From: Azolla caroliniana
Lineage: Eukaryota > Plantae > Polypodiophyta
Reading direction: 5' to 3'
Assembly: GCA_043228905.1 (NCBI GenBank)
Contig: JBHGNT010000406.1
Coordinates: 1 to 27,863 of the forward strand
DNA length: 27,863 nucleotides
Shown: piece by piece, positions 20,001 through 27,863 of the stretch
How the letters are laid out: each line of letters begins with the position of its first letter
Numbering within the stretch: position 1 is the stretch's first letter
Notes under the pieces: model-generated
Told to the model about the DNA's origin: nothing
The model's database searches: none
Seen by the model: the letters and a program-made list of their open reading frames with translations, nothing else
Position numbers and translations under genes: made by a program

Positions 20001-23000
20001 ACAAGATTTAATGGTCTGGAACATAAATATCAATGAGCACAACTCACTTCTAGCTATTGAGATCCTACAAGCAACATATCATGATCTCTAGATCCTACCT
20101 TGATAAATTTGGGTCAGCAGAGAAAAACTTTTGTGAAACCCTAAACCATCAGTCAATAGACATATAGCTATAGACAAAGCCTTCTACACAGGGATTTTAA
20201 TACAAGCAACATCATTGTGAACACACGATGTTTTTGTGGTTCCACTCTATTCATTCACAGCAAGTTGATGAATATGATTACAGTTTCAATATCCCACAAC
20301 AGCATGACTAACAATACTGGTTTTCTAAAACATGCAAAAATTCTCTCATACAAACTTCGCCATCACAATGTATATGTACAGAGTCCATAAAGCATACATT
20401 ATTTGAAGAATAAAAGAATGTCACAAAGTTTGCAGATTTTGCCAATCAAACAATGCAAGTGGGAACTACCACAGCTACTAGAAACCTTCTAACACATACA
20501 GTGCTAGTACAATGTATCGTTTAATAGAACATCAAATTAAACCTTTATGCACAACCATACGTTTCGAAGAAACTAAAAGCAGACCTATATGGAATATGCT
20601 GGTGAGTGGATGCATCCCGGTATTTTTTGGCAAGTCCAAAATCAATAACGTACACCTTCAAGCAGAAAAAATAAGATAAATAAATAAATGAGCAAAACGA
20701 AATTATAATATGATAACCACCCCAAAAATGAATTAGAGAATTACATACCAGATTGGCTCGTCTTCCAAGGCCCATAAGAAAATTATCAGGCTTTATGTCT
20801 CTATGCAAAAAATTCTTTGAATGTACATACTCTACCCTATTAATCTGCACATCCATTATTACACCTTCAGGAATTGTATTATATACTGTATCATGCAAAT
20901 GCATTAAATCAAAATTGAAGTACAAGGCCCTCCTTTGCAAATGTAGTCTCTATTTTACCTTGATTTTGATCCTTCAAGGAAAGTCTCAAACAGAGGTATA
21001 ATCGCTTCAATAAATTCTTATGTCATCATCAAATCTTACTTCAACAGGTATTGCGGCATGTCATGGAGAAAGTTAGTGAAGAGGAGAAACTTCAACACTA
21101 TCTAGTGTCTAGATTACAACGCCAACATAGACGCATTGCACATTTAAATAATCATTAATCCATAGAGTTTCATTGATGCGATCAATGGGTGCCTTACATC
21201 TAATTGTTCTGTTCTCATGCTCATCAGATATTCAGAGGATGACGCATTCTTCATAATGATGGATAATGGAGTACACATTGCAGTGCCTTATGTCTAAGCC
21301 TATGAGATATCATGGGTATGTCAGAAGAAATATAACATTTTGTCTTGTCTCTGTTGTCTTGTCTCTCGTATCTAAATACCGTTTTACTGCTCATCATGCA
21401 AACCAACCTCATAGATTCAACACTCAGGATAGCATCATTAGAAGAGGCTCCTGAAATATATGCACAAAAAGAGCCAATGAATTGCTAAGGTGTTCACAAT
21501 GCATTTTTGAGTCTGGCCTTTGTGCTTCATGTGATTACCACCCTCAACCACAATCTTTCCATTAAATATACTACTCTTGATTTACTTCTTAGTTTGTTCG
21601 CCAAAAAGAACCTCGAAGAGTTCCTTGGAATATACCTTTTACTGCTCATCACGCAAACCGACCTCATGGATCCAATGCAAAATCTCAGGATAGAAGCATT
21701 CAAAGAGTCTCTTGGAATATATACACATCCCCTTGACTTTCAAAGATATAAAAGAATCTTCCTAATCCCCATCCCCCTTGATCTACAATCATATCCTAAT
21801 GTCCTTTTCACTGCTCATCATGCAAGCCAACCTCATCGATTCACTACAAAATCTCAGGATAGCATACTCTACCCATTGATGTGTATATAAGGAAGAATAG
21901 GAAAAAAATAATATATAAACATGGCTATATGCACACTAGTATTTACTAAGTTTCAATGATATAATCCAGTATACCATCTGATCTGCAAGCATCAGAACAG
22001 TTTTGAGTGAAAATTTGCGACTGCAAAAGCAGAATAAGTCTTCAAGGCTTGGGCCCAGCAAATCCAGCACAAGTACATTGTAATCTCCTTCAACACCACA
22101 CCATCTAATGCTTGGGACCCCGGCTGTTGAAAGATAAAAGGAAAAAGGAGAAACAAATTTATATCGATCGTGGCATAGATATCAGTAAACAAAATCATAA
22201 TTTTCAAATTGCGAAATATTAAATTAGCATTTTTTACAGCAGAAATTTCAACACGGTGACACTCAAGCAGACATATCAAAAAATAGGAAAACTCAGTATT
22301 TATAAGAGAATCATAAATTAGATAACAATAACCATTAAAACTTCTGATATTCTTTAATATTTGAGATGCAACACAAAGATAAAAGGCGCATAGGCATACT
22401 TCCCCCTTGAAGGATTCGGTAAATTTTTGACTCATACAGCAGTTGTGGATGCTTGGCCTTAACACTTTCCTGAAGATAAAATAAGACCCATCAAACTAGA
22501 CCATTTCACTAATACTTAACTACACAAGCTTCGATTACATACATTGCAACTTTCCATATGATATCCAAGAGTAGAACTATTAATAATGGCAACTGTGATC
22601 ACCTTTTTGTAGACCACACACACCCCTACCTTCACTAGTGAAATCTCCAAAGGAATCTAATAAAACTCAGCAAGACCATCGAAGCTAGAACCTCAATGTA
22701 CCATCCCATAAAATGAATTAGTCCTGTCACTTCATCAAAGAGAATACCCTCCCAAAATAACTACCTTGCAACCAAGTTGAAAATAATCCAACACTTGCTT
22801 TTTCATTATCATTTGTAATCCATGTTAATTTATACACAATACCACAATATGGATTTGATAATCTGTCTATATCACTTTCTCCAGTTCTAGGTCATTGCCA
22901 CTCGGCCTATTTCATCGTCTTCACAAACATGTGCATTCCATCAATATGGCAGTTACCAATGGGTTTACGGTTCCCTACATGGCTTGAGCACATCTGCAAA

Positions 23001-23811
23001 TTTAACAATTCTGCAAAGAAGTTCCAGTTCTCAATCATCCCACTCAGCCTATATCATCATCTTCGCAAATATGTGCCTTCCATGATTTTGGTGGTTACAC
23101 ATAGGTTTAGGGTTCCCTACATGCTTTGCGCACATCCATGTAAAATTTCATCTAAACAATTCTAAGAAAGGATTCCCTTACCAAAAATTCTGCAAAGGGG
23201 TTCCAGTAAACGGCCATTGGCACTCAGCCTATTTAGTCATCTTCACAAACGTGTGGGTTTATAAATTTGGTAGCTTTACATGGGTGTACATTGCCCTGCA
23301 TGGTTTGAGGGAGTCAATGTGAAATCTCATCCAAACAATTATATGAAAGCATCCCCTTAGAAACAATTCTACGATGGGGTTCCTCTACCATCAATCCTAC
23401 AAAGCAATCAATCCCCTTACCAACAAGCATACAAATGATTATTCCCTTACCAACAAGTCCACAGAGTAGACGCCCTTATAATTCAATCATTTCTACAAAG
23501 TATGTAACAATACATGGATTTAGGGTTTCTCAAATGCTTTTTCTCTTTGAATGTACATATAGATTTATCTACACAACCAATAATGTGAGATCTTACCAGT
23601 TTGATTCCAACCTCCTCATTTGATTGTACATTTGTACCTGAAATCCCAACAAAAGGAAACACAATATCCGTGTAAAACATTGTGTTCCCTACATAAAAAT
23701 CATTATCTACATACGTAAATATAATAAATTCGTACCAATATAAATCTCCCCAAATGAACCACTGCCAATTTTGCGCCCAAGTCGATACTTATTTGCAACA
23801 CGTGGTTCCAT
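17073..23811 (-). CDS. CK1: casein kinase I (plant CKL family), 14 coding exons, 468 aa
   Basis: Exons (minus, all GT-AG): 23736-23811, 23597-23637, 22400-22469, 21975-22123, 20749-20844, 20585-20655, 19841-19902, 19690-19753, 19518-19602, 19305-19431, 19113-19189, 18973-19039, 18771-18889, 17073-17375; total 1407 nt. Motifs: [93 protein letters not shown]. The last three exon boundaries are less certain. Confidence 0.95.
17579..17985. repeat. diverged ~220-bp tandem duplication in the last CK1 intron
   Basis: ggcctcctc...tctcaaattagaaa...aagttcatgtcttt...aatcaacc occurs twice (starting ~17579 and ~17802). Confidence 0.8.
21382..21866. repeat. three diverged ~60-bp repeats in a CK1 intron
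   Basis: actgctcatca(t/c)gcaa..c.acctcat.gat...ctcaggatag at ~21382, ~21637 and ~21805. Confidence 0.8.
22891..23385. repeat. three diverged 140-180-bp tandem units in a CK1 intron
   Basis: cactc(g/a)gcctat...tcttc.caaa..tgtg...ccct.catg...aacaatt recurs at ~22899, ~23041 and ~23221. Confidence 0.8.
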
Positions 23812-24528
23812 GATTTGACTCAAAATTGAGAAATATTACCACAAACAGTATTGTTCCCTGAACTGAGATACAAAAATTCAACTTTTTGCAATGATTATCT
23901 GATAAGAAGAGCTCGATGAAAATGTTGCCTCCTTGGAAGATAAAGATGTCAAGATGTTGATGGTTAAGGTTATGTTTATAACTAGGGTTATATTGGTAAC
24001 ACAGGTTCCAGGATTATGATGCCAGACAATTTATTGAGATAATTAGGGTTCCCGAAGTTACTGCATCACTGTGTTCAAACAGAACCCTTACACGCTTTCT
24101 AGAGATCTTCACACCGACTGAGGTAAAATAAAATACCTACTCTCAACGTAAATAAGAATCCGCCAGAAAACCATGCTAATACTAAGCCTAATATTACAAA
24201 CACTAGTTTCTGCACAAAAATTGTAATGATGGTTTAGAACGGCTAATCTTCGTTCAAAAACAAACGGTGCCTCCACGAAACACTAGTATCTGCACAAGAG
24301 GTGGCTCCACAGAACACTAATTTAAAACCCCTAATTTCTGCACAGAAAATAGTAGCAAGAAACCCTAATTTAGAAAAGCCTGATCAGTGCCCAAAAAATG
24401 ACTGGATGAAGCCCTAACTTTAACAGACCCTGATCTCTGCGCAGAAAGAAGGGCGAGAAAAAGACACTCTCCGCTGCGCATAAACAAATAAAGGGCGGCG
24501 TGAATAAAAGGCCCTAATTTTCACATAC

Positions 24529-24800
24529 CCTGATATCTGCGCAGATACGATGGGTCAGAGGGGAAAGAAAGCCCCGCCTATCTCTGCTGCGCCATAGCGA
24601 CGGGAAGGAAGATCGGTGGAGAAATGGATCGATCGAAGAAACGGAAGATGGAGGGAGGGAAGGGGGGGGGGGGGGGGGAAGGGAGGGTGAGAGAGGAAGG
24701 GAGCAAGCAAGAAAAGAAGAAACCCTAAAAAGAAAAACAGAAGGAGGGTCACACTGACAATCACAGATAGACCAGACACAGACAGACAGGAGACAGAGAC
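24529..24800 (-). other. putative non-coding 5' UTR exon of CK1
   Basis: Pyrimidine-rich on the sense strand. Donor CAGG|GTATGT at 24529/24528 and candidate acceptor TTCAG at 23858. TSS position is unknown. Confidence 0.5.
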
Positions 24801-24913
24801 AGAGGCAGAGACAGAGAGAAGGAGACGGAGGGGAAGGCTAAGATAGAATGCGAAGGGCGTGCCGCTTGACTTGACGGCACGCCGTTAACATCGCCGTCAT
24901 CTTGCCGTCTCCT

Positions 24914-24928
24914 CCCCCCCCCCCCCCC

Positions 24929-24985
<57 letters not shown>
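24914..24985. repeat. poly-C tract (C15-A-C56)
   Basis: Read directly from the sequence. Confidence 0.95.
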
Positions 24986-25006
24986 TTCCTTAAACAGGGC
25001 CATCCC

Positions 25007-25032
25007 CAATCAATCAATCAATCAATCAATAT

Positions 25033-25083
<51 letters not shown>

Positions 25084-25146
25084 CATATATACAAGACATA
25101 ACTATAAACACAAACTCTCTAGTTCTCTCTCTCTCTCTCTCTCTCT
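25007..25146. repeat. (CAAT)n and (CT)n microsatellites
   Basis: CAAT repeats at ~25007-25029; CT repeats at ~25034-25080 and ~25124-25146. Confidence 0.95.
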
Positions 25147-25730
25147 AGGTCATACTTCGACCTCCGAAGACGATAATAATAGACTCTATCTATCTATCTC
25201 TCATATACATACATACAAGAGATAACTGAACACAAACTCTCTCGTTCTTACACTCAGCTCGATTCATTCATTGTCTACACCCCCGTCGTTGCCGCCACTG
25301 CATCCTTCTTCATATCGGTGACAAGGCAAATGAATGACACTCGGGAGGGGGGTGGAGGGGCCTCGATGAGCTACTGAGCATCTTCCATAGCTTAGCAAGA
25401 GATTGCGTGTATGTATAACTCATTAAACATTGGCCCATTGTAATAATGGTGTGTTATCTGTTGCATATTCTGATGATCTTATAAGTCTAGTGTTTTGAGA
25501 TCTATCTTCTTGTTTGTTGCGGAGAGACAGAGAGATAGAGAAAATAGATGTTTTATCATCCATAAGGAGGCCAAATTTGACCTATGGGACCAAATCAACA
25601 TTATCATCTTGTATGTGGCTCCTTCCTAAAAGTAGGGGGGTTCCTGATTTGCAACAAATACTCTATGTAAAACTAATGCATGCACATACATGCTCGCCAT
25701 TCTATGTGGACACTTGAGTATGACACTTAC

Positions 25731-25732
<2 letters not shown>

Positions 25733-25793
<61 letters not shown>
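25733..25793. repeat. (GA)n microsatellite
   Basis: Read directly from the sequence. Confidence 0.95.
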
Positions 25794-25797
<4 letters not shown>

Positions 25798-26997
25798 TCC
25801 TTTTAGATGCTCACCATTTGTGTCAATAACGTGTCTATTGGGGGCATCACTTTATGCAATTGTATTCCAAAATGGAAGAGAGGGAAGAAAGAGGATGATA
25901 AATGGTTTTGTTAACTGTTGGGCACGGAACATTTGGAATCTATAGTCATTTAAAACAAAAATAAACAATGGAGAAGAAACTATATCATAATTGGAAAGTG
26001 TCAATGTGCCATAAAAACAAAGGGAATGATTCAACATGCACTCTAATTTATGTACTCCTAATCGAGCACGTACAAGTGTTATGTAGCGAAAATATATGAC
26101 AAATAAACAAATGCTTTATAAGAAGACCCTGAAGAATTGAGTTGTAATAAAGTGCATTATTCAAAATGCTTTAGAGTACGCGATCACAACATAGGTTTGT
26201 TACCTTGAGATTTATGTGACATGTGCTCCAAAGTATGCGAGTATAGATATAACTCAAACTATGTACTACATAGTTGATGGCTCACCTTAGAATATGTTCT
26301 TAAGGTTCTTTTGTGACCTTTTAATGGTTACTCCACCTACCATAATGAATGTGTACATGTATTGTTCATACGTGTGGGTTTGTGGGCTCACACCCAATAC
26401 TCCCCCTCAAGAACTTTATCCATACCAATTAGACCATCAAATCCAATTCAAAATACACTTCCTCTTTTATAAAATGAACTCCTCAATACATTCAACATTG
26501 TCGTCCTAAATGTGTCGCGCATGTGGTCATGCATCATATCCCTGTCTAAGAGTGGAACTCGATCAAGAAAGGAAAGTAAAAACAAAAAATTCATATGAAA
26601 TACCCTAGAACATGAATTTTATAACATTAAAATCGAGATTTAAATTTGTTGGAATTTACACAATGATATGAGCTTAATGCTCTTATATACCTTAGGAAAT
26701 GAAAACCCTCCTTTATGTTAGATGTGTGCCTTGGGCTTCTTTTGATGTTTGCGCTCTTTTTCTCTCTAGCATAGTAGCTTAAGCTTGCCTTTTTCTTTTT
26801 CTTTTCAGCATCCCATACTTTTATTAGCTTAAGTTATATGTATGTTTTGTTTTCCCTTATTTGAAGACTAAGATTAAGCACATTATTAGTAGGCATAATG
26901 TGTTACAACACATAAGTACAATGTTTGGACCTTGCACCATACATTCATATGTTTTGTTTTGCCCTAATACCAACCACATCACCTATAATGCCCACCA

Positions 26998-27863
26998 GGC
27001 CAACCCTTCCTAAGGGTGAGCAAGTTGGTCATGGACTTTGGTAACGACACAATCTACATGCACAAGGCTAACAAAACCTTTTGCATCCAAGCCTACACCC
27101 AAAAGATCCACGAACAAGAAGGTGCCCCTCTTATGGATTACTTGTCGGAGACCACAGAGTTTGAAACGAAACTTTTAACATGCCAATAAACTAAAACCCC
27201 AAAGATCTTAGCAAGATACCAACATCTACCCCAAGTTCATGACTATTGGGTCCCTAATGATCCTAAGTCTAGCTCCATCACCTCTACCTCTTCTGACGTG
27301 AATTGGGTGCATGCCCTTGCTACCATGGATGCCATGTATCCTTTAGGCACGAGATGTTGTGATGAGGATGATAAAACGATTGCATGTTTAACGTCACGCC
27401 ATTCACACCTACCAAGGGTCCTTACCAAGTGTAGTCACCTCACCTAGCCCCAACGAAGAACACATCACGATGAAATAAAGCAAAGGTAGAATCTCCCTTG
27501 AAAGACAAGACAAGCACAACACCATCAACATCGCCAATGGAGGTTGATTTCCCCACTCACTTCAAACTCTACGAACAATGAAGCCGCATGGTCACTTGTC
27601 GACAACAACAATGTATGACGGCTTCAACGAGTGCAACATGCGACAGACTGGCGAAGGTCAATGAGATCAATCTAGGAGACACCACATACCCCAAGCAAGT
27701 CTTCATTGCCATTGATCTCCAACCAAAAGACGAAGCCACATTGGTATCTCTGCTCTTACAATTTAAGGATATGTTCACTTTGAGCTACACAGACATGCAT
27801 GGTGTCCCAAAAGAAGTCATCTCCCACACCTTACCAATGCAGACTGATGCATGCCCCATATGT
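26998..27863 (+). mobile_element. degenerate Ty3/gypsy (Athila/Tat-like) pol fragment: protease C-terminus and pre-RT region, runs off the right edge
   Basis: From 26998: GQPFLRVSKLVMDFGNDTIYM, resembling the protease GRPFL motif. From 27648: LAKVNEINLGDTTYPKQVFI...LVSLLLQFKDMFTLSYTDMHGVPKEVISHTLP, resembling the FAWSYxDMxG pre-RT motif. Confidence 0.8.

Noticed and set aside
24761-25225. Poly-Gly and poly-Pro ORFs
   Set aside because: Translations of the poly-C tract and microsatellites.

Overview
Eukaryotic land-plant nuclear DNA (a fern is plausible from TE style, but that is only a guess). Bases 1-14939 are a four-element LTR-retrotransposon nest. An old Ty1/copia element (copia-3) has its 5' LTR split by a full-length degenerate copia (copia-2, 9593-14593, TSD ATATG). 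Its gag is interrupted by a Ty3/gypsy element (3280-~9118), whose RT is in turn interrupted by a young copia with an open gag-pol (copia-1, <1-3279). The gypsy element carries a ~925-1000 codon extra ORF after pol (coiled coil, NLS-like motifs, acidic tail) and shows no obvious PPT. Bases 17073-23811 (-) hold an intact 14-coding-exon casein kinase I gene (468 aa), with a 5' UTR exon, a 72-bp poly-C tract and microsatellites upstream. The window ends in a degenerate gypsy protease/pre-RT fragment. The best leads are the gypsy accessory ORF, family-specific CG-word enrichment (CCGG versus CGAC/GTCG) in LTR U3 and linker regions, and a non-copia filler inside copia-2 that matches a CK1 intron.
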